Source: Gnetum montanum
Lineage: Eukaryota > Plantae > Gnetophyta
Direction: 5' to 3'
Assembly (NCBI GenBank): GCA_015680685.1
Contig: MNCI01001825.1
Coordinates: forward strand, 436,195 to 500,194
DNA length: 64,000 bases
The notes under the pieces were generated by a model. It was given only the letters and a program-made list of their open reading frames with translations, made no database searches and was not told the DNA's origin. The stretch's first letter is position 1, and each line of letters starts with the position of its first letter. Below are positions 24,444 through 37,465 of the stretch, piece after piece. The position numbers were made by a program, and so were the translations under genes.

Positions 24444-25882
24444 AAAATATAGACGATCTTCAAAATAAAAATGCAGCAGCATTCTTTCTTTTCTATATTG
24501 CATCTTTGCAGGTTGTTGCTTTCCTCTTTGTTTTCTCTGGAAGCCTCGTCCTCCCAACAACAAAATAATGTAGGAACAAAACACAAATGTTGAAAGAGTA
24601 GAACACAATCGTGCAGGAACAAAACACCGTTGCACATTTTCTAATTAACAAGGACGTCTCATCACAGCTCTAAACTAGCCTTACTATGATCACGAGAAAA
24701 TGTTGGCACAATTTTGTTAACATCTTGGTTTACTAAATGCAACAAGAAAGTGTGATTTATGTAACAAAGAAATGCAAATACATCAATATTCTGTAATTGA
24801 TGAAATAAGATTTTATTGGAGGCAATGCATAAGAGCAAAAAGCATTCAAGATGCAACATGGTTGTCACATGTCCATCTTACATTGAAATAAATTCTTTGG
24901 CTCAGATTAGATTGGATTAGTCCACAACCAAATTTCAAAGCACTCTATTGTTGATGGGTATAATTTTTAAAGAAATGTTTGTGCAAATGCTTTGTTTTTA
25001 AGTAAAGAGAAAATTGGTGGGAAAAGAAAAATGGTTGGGATTGATGAATCTTTGTTTGGTAGAAAAATACAATCAAGGATCTAAAAGGAAGCAGCAATGG
25101 TTCTTTGGTGGCATTGAGATAGGTTGTAACAATGTTTTTTCATAGTTATTGTAGATAAAAACAACACTCATAAATTTCATTTATAAGTGAATTGAATCGT
25201 GCAAAATCATCTACAGCGACATGGAAAGGTTATGACACGGAATGACTTCATCAATTGCAATATCAGCATGCCCAGGTAAATCATAGCCTTAATTTTAAAA
25301 TCATGATACAAAGGAAAATACAAATTCTATTGAATCAACCTAGGCACAAGTGATAAGATCATTTCCTTCTACCAATAGATATGTTTCATTCATATTTCCT
25401 GAAGTTTATGTGATACTGAAAATTTTTGAGCAAACATGTTTTATATTTTAGTGGAGCATATAAAAAAATATGGAGTTTCTAGGTCGTGTTTTAATGATAA
25501 AGGAAATGAAAATGAAAAAACTGGTACTTTAGCTGTTGCTGCTGCAAACAAAAATGCCTAGGATGATATCTGATTTTGATTTTTTTTTTCAGAAGGATAA
25601 AAATAAAAAGATGCATTTGGATCACTTTGTTATATAAAAGAAAAATGCAAAGCAGATTCCATCCTCCTTGTTTGCTCTTACTTTTCCTAGAATATTTGCT
25701 ATGCACCAATTCATGATATGATATGATTAAATGTTTCTTTCCTGCATTTCGTTTTTTATTTCATTCAATCATGTCTGAGTGACAAATACTTTTAGGAAGA
25801 AAAAATGTTCAAATGTTTTAATGTTCAAATGTGTCTCAGTCCACAGGTCGTTAACTTAGCCACTAAAAGTTCAATCTTGTCG
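24444..25882 (+). mobile_element. Degenerate Merlin/ISXO2 transposon, copy B, inverted relative to copy A and 5'-truncated
   Basis: Plus strand KIGGKRKMVGIDESLFGRKYNQGSKRKQQWFFGGIE...IYSD.WKGY...HAQVNHSLNF...NTNSIES; terminal motif ccacagg..ttaactt..ccac...aagttcaatcttg near 25841-25881. Confidence 0.8.
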
Positions 25883-26279
25883 TAAGCTTTACTGGTGCAA
25901 ACTTCCAATATGGTCAACTAGAAAATGGCCCAAAATAATTTCAAGCATTTTGCAAAAATTCCATAGACGTCAACCATCCCAAGGAAGTGTTACAAAACAG
26001 TTAAAAGTAGATTGAACCTAAGGGTAATATTTCTTAGGAAAATATTAAAGGCTAATCATGAAGAGTCAATACAATTAAGTATTAATCATAATTTATCCAT
26101 TTTTAAGTTATTTAAAAAGAGCAAAATGCAAGAATAGCCCAACATGTCAGCAATATGGTTGAATAGTCTTTTGCCCAATTACTAATATAGGCTATGTGAA
26201 AAAAAAGCTCAATACATGGTATCAAAATAGGACAGATACAGGCCATTCATATGTTGACAGCTAATGTGAACGAAAGTTG

Positions 26280-27180
26280 GAGTCAAATGAAAAGTTGTAT
26301 TAAGAAGATAAGAAGAAAAGTTGGTGGTGAAGCCAGAAAGTGCAATACTAAAGAAATTTGAGATGATATCCCTTGATGTATGCTCTTTACAATTGATATT
26401 GCATTGGTGGATAAATCTAAGGAAGCCTTGGCTAAGAAAATAGAGATTTGGAGAAGTACCCTAGAATTAAAGGGGTTGAGGATTAGCAAAAGTAAAATGG
26501 TTACATGGAATGCATTTTAATGGAATAGTGAGTACTGAAAATATGAATATTAGAATTCAAAACTAAGAAGAAATTAAATTTAAGCAATTGAGATACTTGG
26601 GATCACTTATTCAAAAGGATGGTAAGATTAACAATAATTTGATAAACAAAATTGAAGCATAATTGATGAAATGATGAGAAGCTAGTGGTGTTCTTTGTGT
26701 TTAAAGAATCCTTGCTGGTTAAAGAGAAAATTTTATATAACTACTCTTAGACCTGCAATCCTTTATGTTGCAAAATGTTGGGTTATCAAAAAGCATAAAG
26801 CTCAATGTGTGCCTGTAGCAGAGATGCAAACACTAAGGTAGATGTGAGTATCTCTAAAAATGATCAAATCACCAATTCTTTTATTAGGAAAAGTTTGGGG
26901 GTAGCTTGGGGGTAGCATCCATAGATGAAAAGATTAAGAAAAGTCATCTTAGATAGTTTAGTCATGTGTTGAGAAGACTAGAGAATCCACCTATTAGAAG
27001 ATGTCTCTTTATTACAGTTGAGAGGAAAAACAAAGAGGTAGACCTAAACATACTTGCTTTCCAATTATCTAAGATATGGATGTTAATGCTTATTTGGCTC
27101 TTAATAGAAGTGAATGACAAAAACAAATTCATAAAGTTGACTCTATGTAGTTGGGATAAGGCTAAGATGATTATGATGAT
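26280..27180 (+). mobile_element. RTE-clade LINE, 3' fragment
   Basis: DIP*CMLF..DIALV, EIWRSTLELKGLRISKSK, RYLGSLIQKDG; plant RTE-type end gttgggataaggct followed by (gat)n. Confidence 0.85.
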
Positions 27181-27400
27181 GAACCCAAATATATTCTATG
27201 ATTTATTATACTATAATCTCTTGGTGTCATTTCTTTGCTACCTTAACAAGATCTTTATCTTTTTTTAATATTTAAAGTAATCCTGAATCTAGTGAACATA
27301 CAAGGTGTTGTGACAACATGCTTTCAATAAATTTAAATTCCCTTAAAAATCAATGAATGACAATCATCAGCCCTTACAAATAGCAGCAGCAACAAAATAC

Positions 27401-27473
27401 CTGGCTTTCTGAAGATTGTCAACATGCACACCAAAACCACTTTTGATTTCACCGCTGCTATGATTCTTTAGAA
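27401..27473 (-). CDS. OM47: OM47-like exon
   Basis: AG/GT bounded; (F)LKNHSSGEIKSGFGVHVDNLQKA(S); phases fit the neighbouring exons. Confidence 0.8.
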
Positions 27474-27580
27474 CTGTATATTTTCAAACAAAAAATAATA
27501 ATAATTATAGCTCAATCTCACATGAGATGAAACACATTTTTAATCAAACACTACTAAGGCATTTGGGACTTAAATCATAC

Positions 27581-27662
27581 ATGACATATTAAAGGCAACA
27601 GACGGCTGCCACCAACTTTTGACCGCCACTGCTACAGAAGATGCAACTGTTCCTATCTTTGC
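27581..27662 (-). CDS. OM47: OM47-like exon
   Basis: AG/GT bounded; AKIGTVASSVAVAVKSWWQPSVAFNMS (family motif KSWWxPS). Confidence 0.85.
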
Positions 27663-27738
27663 CTGATTGAAATAGTAACGACATTGTCCGATAATTATAC
27701 AGGGAAAACTTAAGAGAAATTCCAAGGTCAGTTTGTAC

Positions 27739-27829
27739 CTTTAACAAGATATTCTTATTAGGTTGCCATGAAGCAGCTACTTGAATATTGGAGTCACCGT
27801 GCAATGATGACGAAACATTTGAATTCAAC
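27739..27829 (-). CDS. OM47: OM47-like exon
   Basis: AG/GT bounded; LNSNVSSSLHGDSNIQVAASWQPNKNILLK (family motif QVAASWQxNKN). Confidence 0.85.
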
Positions 27830-27950
27830 CTACATTATTTCTAAAATATAAATTAAAGATGAATAGTATAAGGAATTGCATACCAGGTAAGACATAAATT
27901 TGACTAAAAACATATTCCTTCATATAGTGCTTCTAAATCTAGAAGATCAC

Positions 27951-28027
27951 CTGGAATGAAACTCAAAGCCCAAATCAATGTAGTTGGTCACACCATCAAT
28001 GCTAGACTCTTCAAATGGATTCCTAAC
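27951..28027 (-). CDS. OM47: OM47-like exon
   Basis: AG/GT bounded; VRNPFEESSIDGVTNYIDLGFEFHS. Confidence 0.85.
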
Positions 28028-28169
28028 CTGAGTAAAATGTAAAATGGTTCAGAGGTTAAATTGTTGGATGCCTACTAACACAGAAGTTTTCCTATAGGAA
28101 CAAGTCAAAATCAACATTATAAAGCTTTCCTTAAGATAGGCATAACAGGTAAAACATGATTTTTGAACG

Positions 28170-28765
28170 TTCCTGTGTTTCTAACATTGAATGAGCTTAT
28201 GATCAAAATTGATAAAAATATAAGAAATAGAATTGAGGTAAGATGGTCAAAATGAAGATAGGTTAGTGGTGTTCTATGTGATAAAAAATACTAATAAAAC
28301 TGAAGGGGAAATTTTATAGGAGAGCAATTAGGTCTACTATATTATATGATGCTGAATGTTAGGTAGTACAAAAGAGGCATAAACAACAAATCAGTGCAGC
28401 AGAAATACAAATGCTTCGATGGATATTGAATGTTATTAGACAAGATAAACTATAGAATACATACATTTGAGGAAGACTTAGAATGGCCTCTATTTCAGAT
28501 AAGCTACAAGAATGGCAGCTTAAATGGTTTGAACATATACAAAGAAGATCAGACACTAAGCCTATAAAAAAAAGGTTGCTACATCAATGTTCTAGGAAAG
28601 CCACTAAAAGGAAGACCAAAGAAGACATGGAAAAAAATAATCGAAGATGATTTAAAGAAATTGTAAATAAACAAAGATCTAGCTCTTCATAGAGATGAAT
28701 GGCAAAAAAGAACTCATCTAGCTGACCCCATTTTGTTGAGATAAGGCTAGGATGATAATTATGAA
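28170..28765 (+). mobile_element. RTE-clade LINE, 3' fragment
   Basis: KLKGKFYRRAIRSTILYDAEC, AEIQMLRWI, QLKWFEHIQRR; ends agctgacccc...gataaggct. Confidence 0.85.
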
Positions 28766-28799
28766 TGAGTTTATGGTTGATATTCATTAGGAGCTTGAA

Positions 28800-31700
28800 G
28801 TTCTTGGAGAAAGGCTCCTCAGTTTGCTTTGGTGATTCATCTAATGTTGGTACTCATGTGATTTTGGCGGTATTGTGATGGTTGCAGCAACAATAGTCAG
28901 CACTTCTTTGTATGAAGTTGGATCTTCGACTCTAGGTGGGAGGCCTTCCTTTGTGAAGGCATCAAAGGGTGCACATATGGTAGAGGCAAAGAAAGAGGAT
29001 ATATAGCTTCACGTTGAATGGATTGACAAGGGTTTCAAAATTGGTATTTCAAAGAAAGCCCTTCGAAATCAACAAAAATGCTTTCAATATGTGTTGTTGG
29101 GAATGTTCTCCAGAAGGGATCCAACATTAAGACACATGCAGGCTTGGGTTCAAAGAACTTGGCTATCAATGATGGTAGAGTTGGTCCCATTTTGGGGTGG
29201 TGCCATTTTTTTAAGAATTCACTAAGAAGGTCAAAACACATGCAGTTGAGGCAATTTTGGCTTGGCACACAAGTGATGTTGTCATGGAAGTCAAATGATA
29301 GAAGCCTGGACCCCTTCCTTCCCAACAAGAAAAATTAGAGACTACATGTGCTATCTGGAAGTATGTTTGGCTTTGGTTACTAGGGTTATTGGTGGAGTTT
29401 TGGTTGAATGGGATGCAAGAGACTATTGTTGGCTATTTTGGAGAATTATTAATAATTGATGACTATAAGGATTTTTTCTAGTCTAATGACTTGGATTTGC
29501 ATATGTATGCTAGAGAATATTGAGTTAACACAACAAATTGAGCTAGAAGAATCACATGGGGTCTTTCTTTAGACAATAATCAAATTGAATTGCAGCTCAA
29601 CTTTGTGCCCTATGAAACCCTCTCCATTGCAAGAGTGACAACAACTGGCATCACAAAATGCTTGAAACCCCCAGCATGTGTAACCCAAAAATGCAAGTAA
29701 TGATAGAGAACAATTTTCTAGAATGTCAATCAACATGTGCCCAAAGAAACTCCACCAACTGTAGAGCAAAGCCAAAAACATGGATCTAAGGAACAAGAGA
29801 TTCAATACCTCTACACTGATGCTCTATCATGTCCTCAACCCCTTGATGATGCACGTCACTAAATCAACTAGTTTAAGAGTTTTCATCATATCCCCTTTGC
29901 TAGGTATTCCCAATCCTTTCTCTCATCATGTTATGCAATGACATCATTTTCCCAAGCAACAAATCCATGATTTCTTTTTCCCAGACTAACGGGAAGCTAC
30001 TAGACTAGGAGTCCATTCTTTTCCAACTCATTCATCAAGAGCTTGATGGCCATTGGGAGTGGCAAGAACAAGAAGCCTATTGACAATAGTGATAAAAGGA
30101 TAAGTAGGTGCATGATGGGGATCAAAACTCCAAATATTTCGATGCATTTGCATCACACCAACATGCTAAAAATCATTTGGTCTCTTTNCATTCCCAATCC
30201 TTTCTCTCATCATGTTATGCAATGACATCATTTTCCCAAGCACCTTCATGATAGTAACAAAGAGCATTCTTAGGATATTGATGCCTCTATTGTTAAGCCT
30301 GTGTATAAGCATCAACACACAAATAAAGAAGAAGTCCCAAAAATAGGTCAATTCAATAGTAAGATTTCTATGTCTAATGTGCTCAAAAGGGTAGGGGCAG
30401 GCCACCAAGTAATGTGGCATAGTCCAAGGTCACCAAAGAAGATGTTGTAGACAATAGGTAGAGGACTCTAGACAAATTTTTTTCTCAATTCGAAGCCAAG
30501 GAGTCCATGGATTCAAATAGCATTGATCATGTTGGGGGTGGCAATTCCTAGTCATTGTCCACCCTATGAAGTCATGATTGTCTTAACATGGAATGTTGTC
30601 AAGCTAAATGACCTAAATAAAGTTTTCTTCTTGAAAATTTTGTTGCAAAAAAGGTGGGTAGATTTTATTTTGTTACATGAAACAACTTCGTGGAAATGCC
30701 CATTTCCATCTTTTCTAGGTGGACAAGTGTGTGGGTTGTGGTTGTTTGTCAAAGTGGGGGATTGACAAGTTTAAGAACTAGTTGGTACATCTTAGGGGTC
30801 TCAAGTCCCCAATGCAATATCATGAATGTCTATGGAACAGTTTTGTGAGCAAAAAGAGCTTAGTTTTGTCAAGAAGTTCTTGAGATGTCCAATTCTAGTC
30901 ACAAATTGATTGGTAGAGATTGGAACATGGTTCATTCCAGCATGGACTTGTCAAGTGGAGCTGTTGATACCACTAATGTTTCTTTCTTTGACAATTTGGA
31001 GTTGGATAATAGTTTGGCAAAGCTCATTGCCCCTTTGGTTTGTTTTACTTGGAAACACAACTATAGTCAATCTTGAAGGGCATCCAAACTTGGTCATTTT
31101 TCCTTTCACAGTGTCTTTGGCAAAATCTTCATCGCAATTGCACTGCTCTCCCATGGAGTTTCTCTCACCATGGTCTCCTAATTTGTCATTTGGAGAAACC
31201 TCAAGGAAGGGTAAAGTTCCATTTTGAAAACGCTTGGATTAAGGACTCCATCCTAAAAGCATAAATTGCCTCAAAGTGGTTAGCATTTTACATTAGACAA
31301 GGTTCGAGAACATTCATCCACAAGCTTAAAGATATTAGATACTTGTGTAAACAAAGGTAGAAACAACCTTGGCTGGACTATCAACAATGGTTGCCCAAAT
31401 CCATGATTTCTTTTTCCCAGACTAACGGGAAGCTACTAGACTAGGAGTCCATTCTTTTCCAACTCATTCATCAAGAGCTTGATGGCCATTGGGAGTGGCA
31501 AGAACAAGAAGCCTATTGCCAATAGTGATAAAAGGATAAGTAGGTGCATGATGGGGATCAAAACTCCAAATATTTCGATGCATTTGCATCACACCAACAT
31601 GCTAAAAATCATTTGGTCTCTTTGCATGCTAATTTGCAACAGGATGTGGAGGTGTGCTAGTCTTTTTTCTCTAAGCTCTATTGCAAAGTTCATCAAGGCA

Positions 31701-34250
31701 ACCCCAAGCCTTTGGGAGCTCTTATCCATAGGAAATTCTCTCTATATGATAATCTCATGTTATAGGCCCCATTTTCTTGAGAATGAAACATTGAAATTTC
31801 TTTAGTGCTAATATCTCTTCTTTAATCCACAATCACTACCATCATGCTTCCTTCCCCATATGTTGGAATGATACAATTCTAACTCTCATTTCCAAGAATG
31901 ATAAAATTAAATCTCCAATTGATTGCAAATCCATTAGCCAATGCAACTGCCTTTTCAAATTTCTTTCAAGAGTTTTGGTTAAACAACTTCAACCTTTATT
32001 GGGAGATCTTGTTGAACTAGAACAATTTGGTTTCATTCTACGACAAAATATTTCAAACAATGTCATTGCCACCCATGAAGCTATCCATTGGGCATAGTCA
32101 TGATGTACGGCCATTTGTATTTTTAAGATTGATCATGCTAAAGCCTATGATTATGTCAATTGGCAAGACTTGAACTTCACTTTAGAGAAATTGGGTTTTG
32201 GGGAATGGTTTTGCCCATTTTGTATCTTTTTCCTTGTAGGTGGGTGGGCAGTTGTTTGATCACTTCACCCCCACTAAGGGTCTTTGGCAAGATAATCCCC
32301 TTTCTCCCTATTTATTCTCTCCTTGCTAATAATCTTCCGAGGCATTTAGATAGGTTTGTTGTGGTTGATCCTTTCCCTTGTGTTGTTAGAATTCAACATT
32401 ATGCAGATGACACCCTAATTTTTTTAATGCAGCAATGAGAGAAGCAGAAAAGGTTAAATAGGCTTGGGATTTCTTTGGTAGATGCATAGGACTCCTTGTT
32501 AATTGGCAGAAATATGAACTCATTAAGGTTCATTGCCCTCCTTAGCTGTTCTAGCAAATGGTAAATATGCTACAATGTCAGACCAAATTCCTTCCTATTT
32601 CATACCTAGAAGAGGCATCTTTACTAGTGTTACAAAGGTAGAATATTGGGAATTGGCCAACATGTAGAAGAAACTTTCAGCTTGGCATGGTATTTTCTTA
32701 TCCTTAGCATGGAAATTGGTCCTTGCCAAGGTAGTTTTGTCTAGCATCCTAGTTTACATCATGTTAGTTATTGGTCCACTTGTGAGCATTGTAAATTGGA
32801 TTGATCAAGCCATTAAACATTTTTCTATGGTAAGGCTCTAAAACCTACAATCATTTTCATCTAGCTGTCAAGGATAAAACCGCTCAATCAAAACATGTTG
32901 GAGGATGTGGTTTGTGGACAATGCATCTGCACTCCAACATTTTAGTTGCAAAGCTTGCTTGGAAAGTCTAGACTAGATTGGACAAAGGTTGGATTCATTG
33001 TATCTAGGGGAACTATAGTAGAATTTTGGAGGTAAAGGAGCAAACTTCTATAATTTGCAAATCAATCCAAAAGGGGTGGACCTCTATGTATTCTTTGGAA
33101 TGATGGTAATTTGGGGGAGGGAGGGTTGTTTCCCTCTCTCTTCTTCTTGTCTATAGAGGATCAAATATTGGTTTCAAGCAGTGCTTTTCCAAGGCCATTA
33201 CCTTTCTAAAACATTTAAGGCTTGATATGGTTCAATCTCTTGCATCTAAAGTGGCCTAGATTGAGATAGTTGGTGCCCTTAACCTCGATACTTCTATGGT
33301 ACTTTCTAATCTTTTGTAGTATTTGCATCAATGGTGCATCCCATTTGGGCATGGCAAAGATGATTTTATTTTTTCAGATACAAGAAAGAAAAGTTGGATC
33401 TCTCTACTAACTAATGCCCCTTTTGAAAAAAGGGATCTCTAGGGCCCCATATGGAAGCTTCCATGTAGGCCTAAAGTTCACTTTTTTAGTTGGCTCTTGG
33501 GTCATCAGGCCGCTTTGACTATAGACGACAATGTTCAACGTCATGGATTTCATTTGTCTTACAAGTGTGCTCTATGTTTCAGTCATGTGGAGACTTTATG
33601 TCACTTGTTCATCAATTGTATTTATAGCAATGCTACTCGTCACATCATAACAAAGTTATGGGGTTTGCTTCAAGTTAACCTTTGGAAATGACTATAATGT
33701 TAAGTCCATTTTGTCACTCATGTGAGTGCGATTTCCCTAGGGCTGAAGGTCATGTGGCAGGTGTGGCTAGAATGTAATTGTCACATATTGGCATGCAACT
33801 TGGCCCACCTACCATCCTTGGTGGCTATAAAAGCTATTTTTCATTTTGATTCTTGGGCAAAGGCTACAAAAATGGCTATAGCATCCCTTATATGCTAGTC
33901 AATCATGCATGAGTTGACAATGCACATTGACCTATGGAACTTAGATGCTCTTTCTTTTTTGCAATGTGAAATGGAATGCTTACTGTATGATGTTGAAGGG
34001 TTGTATATGCCCTTGGATTATACAAGCCACATCATTGTAGAATAGCGATAGCTTTTTATCAAGGACTTGGAGGTTCATGTGACAATAACATGCTTGCAAC
34101 TACAATACGTTTGCAATGTGGAGGGGAGGTCATTGTTAGGGAAGGGTGCTATGATGCCTAGGAGGTTTATAGGTTTTTTGGTATTGAGGACATTCCAATA
34201 GCCCACTATAGATCTTATAGCCAGCTAAGTTTATCGGTACCTAGCCCAAA
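28800..34250 (+). mobile_element. Old, heavily degenerate near-full-length L1 LINE of a different, AT-richer family; boundaries approximate
   Basis: DUF4283-like VWLWLLGL.VEFW; APE MIVLTWNV, LHET, FHFENAW; RT KIDHAKAYD, QHYADDTLIF; zf-RVT CALCFSHVETLCHLFINC. Confidence 0.8.
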
Positions 34251-36594
34251 GTCACATGACAACTAATACAACATTTTACCTTGGATTCACATGTCATCCT
34301 TCTTTCTAGTTTTCACTTCTATATGCTCTCCAGGTTCTACCCACATAATTTTGAAGTTCACTTTTACATGTAGTCCTTCCTTGTAGAGGAGTTGTGTAAG
34401 GAGCTCATCAAAGCCATTCAATCCCAAATTTATCTAGTATATCATGAAGGTTTATTAAGTTCATTAATCAGTTTCAATAGAAGCCCACTCCATTTGTTTG
34501 ACCTAGGGTTTTAGCACTTTCACCCCTTGTTGTGGCTAGTGCTTTAACCTATCATCATCGTTTTCATTCCTCATCAACATCACCCTTTGCACACTCATCT
34601 CCAAGCTTGTCTAAGTCGGTTTCAAATGTCAATGATGATGACGTTATCATTGCTTCAACAACCAATCTCCTCCAACCATCCCTCATCGCATTGCTAGTTT
34701 AGAGCCAAGCTCATCTTAACTATGACTTAACATGAAGTGACTTTGTTAGGACATATTTTGATGATGTGTTTCCTATGGAACTCATGTATTTTTCTTGTAA
34801 ATTGAAGGACTTGGATGCCAAGTAGGGATAACATGAAACCCAAGATAAATCACATGGATGCCAATGATAAGGCAAGGAAGTTGAGATCAAAATAAAGTTG
34901 CAAAAATAAGACATATATTTCAAAGTTTAGCTCAAGTCTAGCTCGCAATTCATCCATGATGGGGTCATGAGTTAATCGTAATTGCATAGAGAAGCCTACA
35001 TTAACCTCCAGATGGGGTCATGACTAGGTCGCAATTCTAAAGCTACCTATAAATGACTCGCCATGAGGTCATGATTAACACTAACAACAAAAATGAAGAA
35101 AGATACACTTACAGTATCCTTACAATTAACTCATGATGAGATTATGATTGTTCATAACCTATTGTGACCTCTTTTCCTCATAGTCGGTTCATGATTGTCA
35201 ATAACTAAAGCTATTTTGTACTTGATGCAACTTGCACTCATCTAGTGGCAAAGTCACAAATCAAAAGCTATAAAAGGCAATGCCTAGAGAAGAAAGAATT
35301 TTAGTCCCCTGATGAAGAAAATGTTGGAAGTGACCAAAGAAGATATTGTGATGAAGAAATGATGTTTGAATTGATGCTAAAATTGATATGAGATTTGTGG
35401 TTGATTATTGTGATTGACATTGATATTAATTTACAATATTAATAATAGATTCTTTTCATTTTGTTCATGCTTCATTCTTGAATATTGTTATAATAGAGTT
35501 AGATATCCATTGATAGTGAATGTGATTTGTTATTGATGTTAGATTGGATAGTTGAGGATGCATAATATTTATTGATATTGAATATGATGTTTGTGATACT
35601 GGAATTATGATACGAATTAATGTTAAGGATGATTTTAACAACAAAGATATTGCCTTGAATCCCAAAACGTTGAACATGTGCTATTGAACCCCCAACTCAT
35701 TCATGTTGCTCACTGCTATACTCCACAAATATCTCAACAAACTTTGGTGCTTCCTTTTGATGCCTAAACAACAGGTTCCTTTGCCACCCATGATCCCTTA
35801 TGAGGGGTCCTCTTCAAATTTTTCATTGTCATAGAGTGCTCAGATCCCAAAAGTCTCCTTCAATCTTCCTACATCATCAAATGGATCCCAGGATAGCTCA
35901 AGCCGTAAGCTTCAATGATGTTTATCCTGATGATGGACAGGTTGACTTGCCTCCCTCCAACTACCATGTTAGCCACTTGTGATAATCATTTGGCTAATTT
36001 TTGCTAAATATACATGATGAATTTTGGCACCCATTTTTCCATGTCCTATTGTATTCAAGCTTTCAGTTTTTTGGCCCATGCATATTTGATGTAAATCATT
36101 TTGCTATGTTTTTAATATAATCTTGTTTCATCTTTCTCTCAAAAACATTGAATGAGTATACTAGTTGAATTTACAGTTATATGCACAACTGAGAATTGAA
36201 CTCATGACCTCATACTATAGGTACTTTAACAATGAGCTCATCGCAAACTCAACCAAACCTTTTAAAAAAAGGCTAAGTACCAAGGCATGATATATAGGCA
36301 AGATAGATTAAATGTGAAAAGATAGTTAAAATTACTTTTAAAAGGAAAGCATTAAGCTTAGAAATTTGGGATACTAAGCATTGATTCATTTTAGCTTCTA
36401 ATTCACATGGATGGATGTACACATCATTGATCTAGATAACATTCAAGCCAGAAACCATACTAGTACCACATCAATGTACATACCATTGTACTTGCTTATA
36501 TAATTGAGCCTTTGGATTTTTAAAGATGTGGGAATTAGATTACATTTTACTTGTTCCCCATAATATTTTTTTTAAAAACATGGTTGATACGTAC

Positions 36595-36636
36595 CTTTCT
36601 CTGGACAACCATATGTTGATAAAATGAAGCTATTAC
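36595..36636 (-). CDS. OM47: OM47-like 42-bp exon
   Basis: TAG|...|GTACG; VIASFYQHMVVQRK (family motif IASFYQHxVVQR). Confidence 0.85.
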
Positions 36637-37333
36637 CTACACAAACAAAATAATCTCATTTAATGACATTGTGCTATTTACAATATTTATGGTCAAAGGA
36701 AAAAATGACGAGATATCAATCATAGAAAAAAATTTGAACATATCTTATTTCAAAAAACGGTAATCAATAATAGATATGGTGAACTGGAGTCGGGGCCTGT
36801 GCAATCTTGTGAATTTGCAAATGATTAATATCTGATAAGGCTGTTCAGATGGCCTTTTTTATTTGTGCCTTTTCAAACCAACACTTACCACCCAAAAATC
36901 ATGGGCAACCAATTACGGATTACACTAATCATGTCCCAAAACCAACAATATCAATCAGACTCAATTCCCCAAACAATTAGGGTTAGATAACTACAATTAG
37001 TTACAATGAAATTAATTCATAATAATCAGGGGAGGTAGTTATAAACTTCTTAACTGAAAATCAAGGAGAGAATTAGAGAAATGATACAGATTCAACTTCA
37101 CTATATAAACATCTGCCACTTAAAATCAAATCTACACTGCCTTCAAAGTTTATTTATTACATCTCTACAAATCCTATCTTCAATCTACAAAACACATTTT
37201 TTTCTGTAAAGTTGCCTTTGTGAATATATCAATTATAATCTCATAAATACTTTCTTTAGTTGTAAAAACTTCTCTTCAACCACATTGAAATAATACCTCA
37301 AATATGCTTAGTCCTTGGATGAAATGCAACAAT

Positions 37334-37465
37334 GAGGTGTTAGCCTAGTGGTAAGGATCTTAGCCTAGTAACTCCAGGTTACAGGTTCAATTGTTGGGTA
37401 GCATTCAGTTATAAATTAAAAACAAAAAAAAATTCTGTAAAAAAGAATTCTAAAACTAGTCCAAT
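37334..37465 (+). repeat. tRNA-derived SINE-like repeat
   Basis: A-box-like TAGCCTAGTGG (37341) and B-box-like GGTTCAATT (37384), A-rich tail, second copy near 20530. Confidence 0.5.

Noticed and set aside
29905-30245. Duplicated blocks in the old L1 (29960-30187 repeated near 31400-31623)
   Set aside because: Nearly identical and adjacent to an n join; probably misassembly
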